Shown here piece by piece: positions 9,727-20,492 of a stretch of DNA of 64,000 nucleotides. Each line of letters begins with the position of its first letter. Within the stretch, counting starts at the first letter, position 1. Position numbers and translations under genes: made by a program. The notes below the pieces were generated by a model, which did not search any database, was not told the origin of the DNA, and saw only the letters and a list, made by a program, of their open reading frames with translations. The stretch is from Schmidtea polychroa (Eukaryota). The stretch lies in the NCBI GenBank assembly GCA_044892525.1, contig CM097886.1:45012001-45076000 (forward strand), read 5' to 3'.

Positions 9727-10782
9727 ATGACACAAGAGAAAATATCCGGAACTACGATAGCCCCAACCAATGCCAACAAAACACAAATTCCTCGAGAATA
9801 TAACGAAAAATGGAACAAAGTAATGTTCCAACTAACTAACCTCACCCGAAATCACATCGAAGAAGCTAGAGAGGATGAGAACAGTAAATACCAATGGCTA
9901 ATACACAATTTAAGAGCGGAAGCAGAAGCATGCAAAAGAGCATCAAAATGGGCGTCATTAGAAAATACCCGCCAAGAAGCGCACAGCCATTATTTAAAGC
10001 AGCTGGTGCAGGAAGCGAGAAAGAGGCTCACTGACGAAAACGCAAAACGCGAAGCGGAAAAGCAAATAGAAGGAAGGAAAATGATGCATTTATTGACAGA
10101 GGCCAGAAAATGGAAAAGACAAAATAGTGAAATGAAAAAAGAGATGAAAGAATTGCCCATGAGACTCGGATATGAAAGCGAACAGGGCAAATGGGAGGAA
10201 AATTTAATAATAAAGGAAGAACTGAAACGGTTGAGAAAGGTCGCCGCTCGAAGCCAAACATGGCAGATGAAGGCCATGGAGTTCGAACGACATTTGGCAA
10301 TAAAATGCGACATAAGAGAGCACGAGAATGCCGCAATGGAAGAGATGATAACCCAACAAGCAGGACGGGTTGTGGAATTAGTAAATCAGGTAGAAGAGAT
10401 GAAAAGAGACCTTAATGGATTACAAGGATCGCTGGAACAAAGAAACATGGTCCTAGCTGGAAAAAACAGAAAATTAGAAAACGAAAGGAAAATGTACACC
10501 GAAAATATCAAAAACTTGGAAATAGAGATTGAAAAATGGAAGGGCGACGAGAAAATCAAGGCCCTAGACAGACAAATAGAGATGAAAGACGAAGAGACAA
10601 GGTATCTCACCTACCTGCTCGACGAAGAGCTGAATATCACTCGAGCCCTAAGGGACGAAGTTAATGAATTGAGAGCTCAAATCCCCCAATATCACCTACC
10701 ATATGACCCTATTGCGATACAGTTGTATCCAGTGGTCGATAGTGATGAAGGTTACGTGGGCCAGGAGGAAACCTTCGTATAA
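9727..10782 (+). CDS. Cargo ORF 3, 351-aa long coiled-coil protein of unknown function
   Basis: Intact with identical length in copy B (29745..30800). Confidence 0.8.
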   Translation: MTQEKISGTTIAPTNANKTQIPREYNEKWNKVMFQLTNLTRNHIEEAREDENSKYQWLIHNLRAEAEACKRASKWASLENTRQEAHSHYLKQLVQEARKRLTDENAKREAEKQIEGRKMMHLLTEARKWKRQNSEMKKEMKELPMRLGYESEQGKWEENLIIKEELKRLRKVAARSQTWQMKAMEFERHLAIKCDIREHENAAMEEMITQQAGRVVELVNQVEEMKRDLNGLQGSLEQRNMVLAGKNRKLENERKMYTENIKNLEIEIEKWKGDEKIKALDRQIEMKDEETRYLTYLLDEELNITRALRDEVNELRAQIPQYHLPYDPIAIQLYPVVDSDEGYVGQEETFV

Positions 10783-10825
10783 GGTGATTAAAAAGATAAA
10801 AAACTAAAAATCGGGACGTATACCC

Positions 10826-10856
<31 letters not shown>

Positions 10857-10912
10857 AAAGTATTGTAAAAGTATTCAAGGGACTGTAACCCGAACTATTA
10901 AATTTTATATAA

Positions 10913-11656
10913 ATGTATATGTATAAGTCGCACTATAGTGCACCATTAACTGTACATATTATAGATATGAAAATCGAGGAAATAATAGAAATTATGAGCG
11001 ACGTAGAAGAGGGAGAGATTGAGGCAGAAACAACGGAAACACAAACGTTAAAGACCGAGTTACGGGAAGAGAAGTACGAAAACGAGAGACTGGTAAACAA
11101 GTATATAGAAGATCGGAAAATAATAAAGATATTAAAGAAAGAATGCAGAGTACTAGGGGAAGTAAAAAGAGAAGCAGAAGAGGAAAATAAACGACTTCAC
11201 GAACAGAGAAAACGAGGGAGAAATTGGGAGAAGATTGCGGAAGAATTATGGCAAGAAAGGGCCAGTAGAAAGGCAGACGAAGTGATTAGCGATTATTGGA
11301 AAACCGAGGCACGGAAATACCAAGAAAGCCTGAAGGAGTTACAACTCCAACTACACCAAAAACAAAGGGAATGCGAGATAATGAAAAAAATGAACAACAA
11401 ATACCAAGAAATCGATAACGGAGAAGACGAGGAAAGGGGAAATGATTTCTTACAAATACTAAACCATAAAAACCTGGAAAGAGCAACACAGGAAATAAAA
11501 GTGTTAAAAGGAAAAATAAAGTTCCTAGAACAACAGATAGACGAAAAAGATAAACAACTAGAAGTACTGCCAGAATTGAGAAAACGGGTAATAAAAGCGG
11601 AAACGGAAGTGATGAGAGCGTCTGAGAAAGCCCGTAAAAAGAAATCCCGACTATAA
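10913..11656 (+). CDS. Cargo ORF 4, coiled-coil protein (likely start MKIEE at 10967)
   Basis: Homologous open ORF in copy B (28875..29630); E/K-rich heptads. Confidence 0.75.
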   Translation: MYMYKSHYSAPLTVHIIDMKIEEIIEIMSDVEEGEIEAETTETQTLKTELREEKYENERLVNKYIEDRKIIKILKKECRVLGEVKREAEEENKRLHEQRKRGRNWEKIAEELWQERASRKADEVISDYWKTEARKYQESLKELQLQLHQKQRECEIMKKMNNKYQEIDNGEDEERGNDFLQILNHKNLERATQEIKVLKGKIKFLEQQIDEKDKQLEVLPELRKRVIKAETEVMRASEKARKKKSRL

Positions 11657-11710
11657 ATTAAAAAGGGTTAAGTGATGTAAATAAATGTATATAAAATGTG
11701 GTATATTAGT

Positions 11711-12362
11711 ATGTGGCCGGGAACAACCCTGATGACCCTAATGATGATAACGATAAACGAAATACCCATGCGGCAGTCAGCCCCAACACCCTGGGAGAAC
11801 CCCGAGAAACAGCAAAGCCGATTAATCAAACTGAAAAATGAAAGAAAACCCTCCAACAATATCCCGAAACAATGCTGGAACAAAGCCGTCTGGCAAAAGA
11901 CCCAAAGACAACTGAATCTGCAATCTCAAAGAATCGAACAACTTAAAACCCTCCTTCATGAACAAACCACCCAACAGTCTCCGAAAGAAACTCGTAAAGA
12001 AAGAAATAAAAGAAAGTCAAGCCCTATTCTATGTTACCATTAGTGAAACCATCCTCATCTGCGCGCTAATCATCTGGAAGACATATGATGTCTATCGAGC
12101 ATGGAATAGAACCCAACCACTATCCGAGAGACCCAAAAGAAAGAACCTACGATTCCGAAACGTATATAAACGAGCAGTACATTGGCAACAACCCAACCCA
12201 CTCGAGAAAATACAACAAAATCGGTCTTCTAATCAAATACCCGTTACAATCCAGCTCTCCACAGCAACAACCTCGACCAACCCTTCAAACCAGAATTCCA
12301 GAGATCCCCAAAAAGTAGTTAACCAGAACATTAGTAACATGTCGAACATTGAACTCCCGTGA
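11711..12362 (+). pseudogene. Cargo ORF 5, small predicted type I membrane protein (signal-like N-terminus, coiled coil, TM, S/T/P/Q tail), frameshifted near 11970-12000
   Basis: ORFs 11696..12043 and 11958..12362 join; TM ALFYVTISETILICALII matches YLLYVVIAETSLLCLITFL in copy B. Confidence 0.55.
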
Positions 12363-12900
12363 CAGTAATGTGATGTATATAATTCCGGTCACCCTAAGTG
12401 GCCACTGCTTGCTTATATTTGTCTTATTATCTGTTTAATTAAAGTATTAGTCAGTTAACTTATTTTATGTCTGTATGTATTTTGATTGTGGAAGTTTTGT
12501 GGTATAACAACAGAGGTATGATTAGAATGTATGACATTATGTGAATTGCGGGACGCAATTTTGATGGGTCCCCGAGTGATTTGTTGGGCTGAGCCGAAGG
12601 GTAGCTGGGAGATTAGGTCAAATGTACTAAAGTAAAATAAAGAAATAAAATAAACAAAGTTACGAACAAAATAGAATAGAACATAAGAAAACAATAATTA
12701 GAAAATAGGAATTAAAACAAAAAAATATAAAAATAAGAAAAATTAAAATAGGACAATAGAATGACGAAAAATAACGTAAAATATATTAGATAATAAGGAA
12801 AATAAATAAAAACATAATTTTAATCAAGAAAATAGGAAGAAATAACCCAAAAACAAGGAAAATAAATTAAATTAATAAAATAAGGCGGTATTCAATTCTG

Positions 12901-12933
12901 ATTGGTCCGCGTAAATAGAAAACTAATATATAA
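12901..12933 (+). promoter_or_regulatory. LTR core promoter: inverted CCAAT (ATTGG) plus TATA box
   Basis: ATTGGTCCGCGTAAAT..TATATAA conserved at 27625-27657 (-), in the solo LTR (-) and in variant form at ~21755-21787 (-). Confidence 0.7.
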
Positions 12934-13419
12934 GCAGACATTAAAATCATTATAATTACCGTTAATCCAACAACTACTATAGGTAAGTGTATTTTAATTA
13001 CCATTACCGTTAATCCAACAACTACTATAGAACTAGCGATTCACAGCAACATACACTGACTTACAGGATCATCACAAGGACTATTCCAAGACTCAAGAAA
13101 CTTCATCTAAATCTATATTCGATTCTAGTATTAATTAATTCTACTTAGTACTTTTCGACTCAGCCTATTTGAAACACTCGGTAAGGATTTTTGGATTTCT
13201 TATTTTGAATTTATAAGTAATGGTATAATCTAATTATAATTTAAATTTAAAGATCTTACCTTTTCTTTTCGTTTGATTTCAAGCATGTTATTTAATTTAA
13301 TGATATGGTTATTTAATAATAAATGATTTACTTTCTAGGAATTATTGATTTTCCTTTGATGAATTATTTTTATGAGTTATTATTATGTTAATTAAATTTT
13401 TGAGGAACGTGGCGTTGAG

Positions 13420-13545
13420 ATACTCTATGTCATGGTGTGAGGTGCCTTCGGGAGCTCCACCGGTGGACATAGGGTATTTCAATCACGCAGCTAGATTGGG
13501 CCGAAATGTGAGGGCTTCTTCACGGGTCCAATCGCTGAAGGTGCG
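13420..13545 (+). ncRNA. Conserved structured RNA element in the LTR (two long hairpins, one capped by C-UUCG-G)
   Basis: Stem ATACTCTATGTC/GACATAGGGTAT; homolog at 57890-58020 (-) shows compensatory and wobble changes. Confidence 0.6.
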
Positions 13546-15055
13546 ACCAAAATCTATAGGCAAATTGTGGCAGAAAATTGATAGTCAGATAGTGATTGAA
13601 AACAAAGATATGTAATAAATGAATCGGAGGATTCTTAGGTATTCGCGCAGTGATTGAGGGCGTCACACCATCGTCTCCAGATATCGTTTCCACTAAGCCA
13701 AATTTTCTCTATCATCGATGTAAGTTGTGTGTCAAACAATCGTTCGGACATTAGTGGGGCTATATGTGATATATCTTCGATGTTCATGCTTGCGCTCGGA
13801 ACCTATTCCTACAAATTTTCGGCCTATGACCTTTTGAACTGTTATTTCTTTCATCTAAAAGTTCTCTTGAAGACATAGTCGCAAGGAAGCTCAAAGTAGA
13901 TTGCTTCAGATAATTATTAGGATTATTCAAAATGACTGTTTACGAATAGATTGTAGAACCACGTAAAATTATTATTATTAAATATTATCATCTCTAGTTA
14001 GGTATTTGATGATGCATGTGATTAAATATTTATTTTAATGAATTTTGATCTTTTAGTGGGCTCTTAGATACGAAATTATTTCAATGGAAGAATGTTTTAA
14101 CAATTAAATCTCTATTTAAATCGACAATGTTCTTATTGGTAAAATATCAAATTTTCAAAGGAAATAGTCAGTATTTAGCTATGAATTAATAATAATTCCA
14201 GTGAACTTATATCGTTTTAGAGGTTTATTAGGTCGTGATGAATGTTATTGCACAGTAATTTAGATTTATGTTTTAGAACAAGTTTTTATTAATTATCCAC
14301 TGTTTTATTAAGTCGTTTAGGGTTAATAATCTATTTACTTGGTTTTGACAATGAAATATTTGAAATCTTTAGAGATAAATGATATCAAAGGTTATTTCTT
14401 TAAATTAGTTTATTTAAGAAGTTATTTTATTCATTGTGAGGATATCAGTGAAGGAAATTTATGATTTTAATTAGATTTCTAGAAATTAAATCGGTTAAAT
14501 ATCAGTTAATCTATTGAAGGAATATTGTTATCGGATGGATAAATGATATTTTGCTAAATTACCTTTGCTAAATATTATTTTAAATGACTAAAAATAACAA
14601 AATTAACCAATATTCATATATTTTTCCCACAAAATATCCATGTTTTGGTTACTCAAACATCTGAAATTTCTCGCAAAGATATATTACGTCTAATGATCAT
14701 CTAATTAAATTAGAAAAGAAATATAACCCTATATGAACATGTATTTTTAACTAATAAGCACCTTATTTGGTTAAATGATAACCATATTTCTATTATGACT
14801 CCTTTAAATATTTTTGCCTCGAACAAATTTACTCCAAATGATAAAGAATTTAAAATTATCAATGAATAATGACCATGTTTTTCTCATATTAATAACTATT
14901 GTAACGAACATTAGATGAATAAATTACCTTTTGCTTTAAATGTCTAAAAGGTTAACCAATAAATTAGTCGCTCGACATAAGTGTAAAGTTACATTTAAAA
15001 TATTCACGAATTTCTGATCATCTCACTAAATTACCTAAGAATTTCTAAATGATTA

Positions 15056-15149
15056 TTATACCCTTGCGACATGTTGAATGTGACCAGTACCCTTGCTGGT
15101 AATACCCATAGGGGGACAGAATATTTTGTCGGATGAACTCGAAGTATAT
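15056..15149 (+). repeat. ~95-bp dispersed repeat (TACCCTTGCGACATG...GACAGAATATTTTGTC), also at 16943-17034, 18907-18998 and 19850-19927; possible Helentron/DINE-like end
   Basis: Four near-identical copies with an internal palindrome GACAAAAT/ATTTTGTC; TATACCCTT start recalls DINE-1/HINE termini (inference). Confidence 0.6.
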
Positions 15150-17194
15150 GGTCTTTATTGATATATCAAAATACTGTTATTTATAAATTAACTAAAAAAT
15201 ACTATATTATTTTACTGAATGATAACTTAAATGTTTTTAATATACCTATTTCTAAAGTAAATCGACAGCTCAGACCAACAACATGTATGGATGACCACCC
15301 ATTGTTAATTTATTTCCAGTGTCACGTCCCTCAAAAATACCGTGAGTGTTTTAACAAAACTGAGCTAAAAGAAACTTTCCAGATAACAACTCACCTGAAT
15401 GTTTTGAACAAAAATGATCGAAATTGAGAACAAACGATTAGATGGCGATTAACTTCTGGCCACAACCCTAACAACATGAAAATTAAGATTTAATTATTGA
15501 ATTCGTTGTTCTCTGCCTGGAAATACTAACAGAATATTTTTTAATTCAAAGAATCTTCATTATAAATTTTTGAATTTAAAAAATTAAATGAAGGATATAT
15601 AAGTGTACATAAAATTATAATATTATATAAAATTATACTATATAATAATATTAATGTTTAAATATGCTTAAATAACTAAATTGTTTAAATATTTTTAAAT
15701 AACTAAATTTAAATTATTTAAATAAACTTTTCATATAACTTTATTTCTTTCGTTTTAGTATCCATAAAGTAAGTATATAAAGAATTTACTACAATATTTT
15801 AATTATTTTACTTAGTAATGAAGAAAATGAATTATATAATTATGAAGAAGATAAACCAGAAAAAATAGTGAAACACTAAAAGACTTATGTTCTGGATTTA
15901 GAGATTTCTTATTAAAACATGAATTATTGGATTATGGGGAAGATGACCAGACAAAATGGTGAAACACTAAAGGAGTTATAGTTCCGGATTTCTTAAATGA
16001 ATTAGCTGATTGTGGGTGTCCTTCAACATGAATGTTTACTTATCAGACTTAAATTATGTAAACTTTCAACGAATGTCAAAAAAAATGGGAAAAATCGATG
16101 TTTTAGCAATTAAGTAAAGTACTCGTCATACCTGAAGAATATTATTATTAATGTAAGACATGAATTAATTCTTTAAAATATATGTATTATATTTAGGTAT
16201 CTGTGTTTTATGGTGGGAAATGACATGGAAAAAGTATACCACAAATAACAGTTGACTAATTTATCAAGCCTGTGACGATAAAATGTTAGATAATGTAAGT
16301 TAATTGCTTTTAAATCAATATAAATTTTGGCAATGATAGTTGACGCCGCATCAGAAACTAAGAAATACGTCCAATTTGCAAGATGTATTCCAAATGGCCC
16401 GATGGAGATGATAATTTTGAGATAGATTACCAGCAGAAGAGCGAGAAAAATTTGTAAATTAAATATAAAAGGGTTGGGTGGGTCCTCTTTATCCCTTAAT
16501 TAATATATATTTACAAGCTGATCGTCGTGGTAGGCGGTTGTAATCCAACTAGTGGGAGGCCTCTGTAAATATATATTGTTGTTAGTGAAAACATTAATTA
16601 ATTTGGTTATAGTGCCAATGACGCATGCATTTTGTAATGTATTTTTATACGTTTCGAATGTGCTGGTAGTTGACTACCCATGCTAGGCGTAATGTTCCGT
16701 ACGGAAAGCTATAATGCCCAGGTTCTTTTGACCCCACTTGGGGGATGCACAGACGACCCTTGTGGACGCGAACAAATATCCACCGTGTCTTTCAGGCACA
16801 GATATTTGGTCACTGCTCATTAGACCTGGCAATACTAAATGCATAAACTTTGCCTTGTCCTCTCTTGTCTTGATTTTTATAGTTTAAATAATTATTAAAA
16901 ATAGTATGTGTGATAAGTTTTATTTACTAACCTTAATTAATTTACCCTTGCGACATGTTGAATGTGACCAGTACCCTTGCTGGTAATACCCATAGGGGGA
17001 CAGAATATCTTGTCGGATAGACTAGGAGTATATACATCCATTTTAAAAAGGTATGTGTATATAGAATGTATGTATAAAATTATCACTCCTTATTGACAAT
17101 TTCCTGTAAAGGCAAACACAGAATACTGCAAACATATAATAATTCTCTACCCCATAACTTAGTGTGTAAAAATTATTTTAAGTTTTTGACTAAT

Positions 17195-17195
<1 letters not shown>

Positions 17196-17259
<64 letters not shown>

Positions 17260-17607
17260 TAATAATAATAATAAAGTTCAAAGGGTTGTATATGTGTGTA
17301 GAAAATATTTTAGGTTTTCACTAATATTGATAATAATTGTTAATGGGTTGTGTGTGTGTGTAAAAATATTTTATGTTTTTGACTAATATTTGCAATAATA
17401 ATAATAATAATAATAATAATAAAGTTTAATGGGTCGTGTAAAAAATATTTTAGGTTTTTCACTAATATTTGCGTTAATAATAATAATGTTTAATGGATTG
17501 TGCATGTGTGTGTGTGTAAAAATATTTTATGTTTTTAATATTGATAATAATAATAATAATGGTTGATGGGTTGTGCGTGTAAACCATATTTTAGATTTTT
17601 CTTTACC

Positions 17608-17659
<52 letters not shown>

Positions 17660-17660
17660 T
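17196..17660. repeat. (AAT)n microsatellite arrays (also ~18880-19040)
   Basis: Long pure AAT runs at 17196-17274, ~17394-17420 and 17608-17660. Confidence 0.95.
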
Positions 17661-18117
17661 TGATTAAAACTTTGAAAATAATTTGAAAATAAATCTTTGA
17701 AAATAATACTTTGAAAAATATTCGATGAAAAGTTCCTGAAATAATCATGAAAATGTTGAAAATCGTGAAAATATTGAAAATGTAGAAAATTATTAAAATA
17801 ATCATGCAAATGATGAAAATGTTGAAAATCAAGTAATTGACGTAGAAATTAAGTTTTATGAATATTTAAGTAAATAATAATAATGAAACTTCTAAATTAA
17901 AATAATAATTAGAACTTTGCAAATAATAATAAAAATAATAATAATAATTCTTTGAAAATAATTCTTTGAAAATAATACTTTGAAAAATATTTGATGAAAA
18001 TGTTCCTGAAATAATCATGAAAATGCTGAAAAGCATGAAATGGACGTAGAAATTAGGTTTTATGAATATTTGCAAATTATAATAATAATAATAAGAAGAA
18101 GAATTTTCATAATAACT

Positions 18118-18253
18118 NNNNNNNNNNNNNNNNNNNNNNNNNNNNNNNNNNNNNNNNNNNNNNNNNNNNNNNNNNNNNNNNNNNNNNNNNNNNNNNNNNN
18201 NNNNNNNNNNNNNNNNNNNNNNNNNNNNNNNNNNNNNNNNNNNNNNNNNNNNN
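18118..18253. other. Assembly gap (others at 19928-20127 and 60673-60814)
   Basis: Runs of N. Confidence 1.
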
Positions 18254-18569
18254 AAATAATAATTTTGAAAATAACATCTTCCGCGCGGGCATTAATATCT
18301 TTCCCAATAATAATGATAAATTAAATTATTGCGTAATCGATAATTAAACCAAAAAATAATATAATCAACGATTTAAACAAAATTAAATTATTACATAATT
18401 GATAATTTAAACAAAAATTATTATTGCATAATCAACGATTTAAACAATATTAAATTATTAAGTAATCGATAATTAAAAAAAAAAAAAAATTATTAAGTAA
18501 TCGATAATTAAAACCAAAATAAAAATATTATCATATAATCAACGATTTAAACAAAACTAAAATAAAATA

Positions 18570-18865
18570 ATAATATGACCTTGAAATAATAATATTTTGA
18601 AAAATAATAATATGACCTTGAAAATAATAATATAACCTTGAAAATAATAATATGACCTTGAAAATAATAATATTTTGAAAAATAATAATATGACCTTGAA
18701 AATAATAATATGATCTTGAAAAATAATAATATGATCTTGAAAAATATAATAATATTTTGAAAAATAATAATATGACCTTGAAAATAATAATATTTTGAAA
18801 AATAATAATATGACCTTGAAAATAATAATATTTTGAAAAATAATAATATGACCTTGAAAATAATG
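18570..18865. repeat. Minisatellite of 18-21-bp units (AATAATAATATGACCTTGAAA / AATAATAATATTTTGAAA)
   Basis: Directly visible tandem units. Confidence 0.9.
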
Positions 18866-19007
18866 AAGTTATATTAATGTTATAATAATAATAATAATAA
18901 TATTAATACCCTTGCGACATGTTGAATGTGACCAGTACCCTTTCTACAAATACACATAGGGGGACACAATATTTTGTCGGATAAACTCGGACTATATAGA
19001 TTAATAC

Positions 19008-19057
<50 letters not shown>

Positions 19058-19134
19058 TTGATTAAAACTTCGAAAATACTAATTTTGAAAATAACATTTT
19101 CCGCGCGAGCGGTAATATCTTTCCCAATAATAAT

Positions 19135-19385
19135 GATAAATTAAATTATTACGTAATCGACAATTAAATCCAAAAATATTTCATAATCAACGATTTAAAC
19201 AAAATTAAATTATTACGTATTCGATAATTAAAACAAAAAATAAAAATATTATTATATAATCAACGATTTAAACAAAATTAAATTATTACGTATTCGATAA
19301 TTAAAACAAAAAATAAAAATATTATTATATAATTAACAATTTAAACAAAATTAAATTATTACGTATTCGATAATTAAAACAAAAA
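19135..19385. repeat. Tandem ~70-bp AT-rich repeat (related copies 18320-18560)
   Basis: Recurring TTTAAACAAAATTAAATTATTACGTATTCGATAATTAAAAC. Confidence 0.85.
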
Positions 19386-20169
19386 TAAACCGCTGGAACA
19401 AAAATAGATGTCTTTGTTACTAAAAATAGAATGACCTTGGCGAGTCATCGGATCAATGATCGGATCAAAAATGTTACTAAAAATATATTCAAAATGTTAC
19501 TAAAAATAGATGTCTTTGTTACTAAAAATAGAACGACCTTGATGATTCAGCGACTGAGTCATGGTCTTTGTTTAAATTACCTTGGTAATTAAAACTTGAT
19601 GATAATAATAATAATAATATTTATAATAATAATATTAATACTATATATTAATATATCCCATGGGTGCGTCATTGTCTTTCTTCAAAAAATAAATGAGTCA
19701 TCGATGAGTACTTTTGTATTGCCGTTTGTTTTCAAACAATATTGCTGCGAATAGTAGTACATCAATATTTAGTTTACCTTTGTTAATTTTACATTATTTT
19801 ATTGTTTAAATAAATGTATGTTTTGTTGATTTGCTGATTTGTTGATTTGTTGAGCGTGACCAGTACCCTTGTGAGCATTACCCATAGGGGGACAAAATAT
19901 TTTGTCGGATAGACTCGGAGTATATAGNNNNNNNNNNNNNNNNNNNNNNNNNNNNNNNNNNNNNNNNNNNNNNNNNNNNNNNNNNNNNNNNNNNNNNNNN
20001 NNNNNNNNNNNNNNNNNNNNNNNNNNNNNNNNNNNNNNNNNNNNNNNNNNNNNNNNNNNNNNNNNNNNNNNNNNNNNNNNNNNNNNNNNNNNNNNNNNNN
20101 NNNNNNNNNNNNNNNNNNNNNNNNNNNTAATAACAAGATATATGGCTCATTCGAAAGGCCTTGGATTAA

Positions 20170-20492
20170 ATGACCTTGAAAATTTTTATGACTCATCGGA
20201 TGAGTCACATGACCTTGAAAATAACCTTGATGAGTCATAGTATGAGTCATACGACCTTGAAAATGACCTTGATGAGTCATGGACTTTGTTTAAATGACCT
20301 TGGAAAAAATTTTTTGACCTTGATGAGTCATATTATGAGTCATATGGCCTTGAAAATGACCTTGGTGAGTCATAGGATGAGTCATATGTCTTTGTTTAAA
20401 TGACCTTGAGAAATTTGATGAGTCAGAGGATGACTCATGGTCTTTGTTTCAATGACCTTGATGAGTCATATGTCTTTGTTTAAATTTGACCT
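20170..20492. repeat. Minisatellite built from TGAGTCA and TGACCTTG motifs
   Basis: 12 TGA(G/C)TCA heptamers between 20189 and 20468, interleaved with TGACCTTG. Confidence 0.9.

Larger units (their letters stand above)
1..13670 (+). mobile_element. Giant Ty3/Gypsy LTR retroelement, copy A (5' part outside the window; right end of the 3' LTR uncertain)
   Basis: Continuous env-PR-RT-RH-IN ORF in Gypsy order, cargo ORFs colinear with copy B, 3' LTR starting TGTTGGGCTGA at 12582; LTR alignable to the solo LTR (54925-58873) until ~13670. Confidence 0.93.
12582..13670 (+). repeat. 3' LTR of copy A (start certain, end not identified)
   Basis: Begins TGTTGGGCTGA like the other LTRs; A-rich U3; shares CCAAT/TATA block, repeat-flanked mini-intron and structured block with solo LTR 54925-58873. 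Confidence 0.8.

Noticed and set aside
557-9733. Many 60-145-aa ORFs antisense to or overlapping the long ORFs (mirrored in copy B)
   Set aside because: Shadow frames of A-rich coding sequence; their F/S/L-rich composition is the expected antisense artefact, and sharing between copies just reflects DNA identity.
10826-10854. Poly(A) run as a retroposition tail
   Set aside because: Copy B has a short interrupted A-tract at the same place; homopolymer expansion.
13487-13550. Hammerhead ribozyme resemblance (GGCC-GAAA..GTC..CTGAAGG)
   Set aside because: Core is CUGAAGG rather than CUGANGA and stem III has two extra G before UC; a simple long hairpin explains the pairing.
13385-13615. Small ORF over the conserved LTR block (also 57864..58091)
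   Set aside because: Starts and ends differ, and substitutions preserve base pairing rather than amino acids.
15158-15480. Possible LINE or host exon fragments at 15.2-15.5 kb and 16.3-16.45 kb
   Set aside because: No diagnostic motif or consistent splice/frame pattern.
16539-16550. TGTAATCCAACT as the end of LTR-A (would give ~3.97 kb)
   Set aside because: Does not end in CA, and 13.7-16.5 kb shows no homology to the solo LTR or its ORF.
17093-20403. Poly-N/I/Y ORFs and ORFs crossing N gaps
   Set aside because: Translations of AAT microsatellites, minisatellites and gaps.
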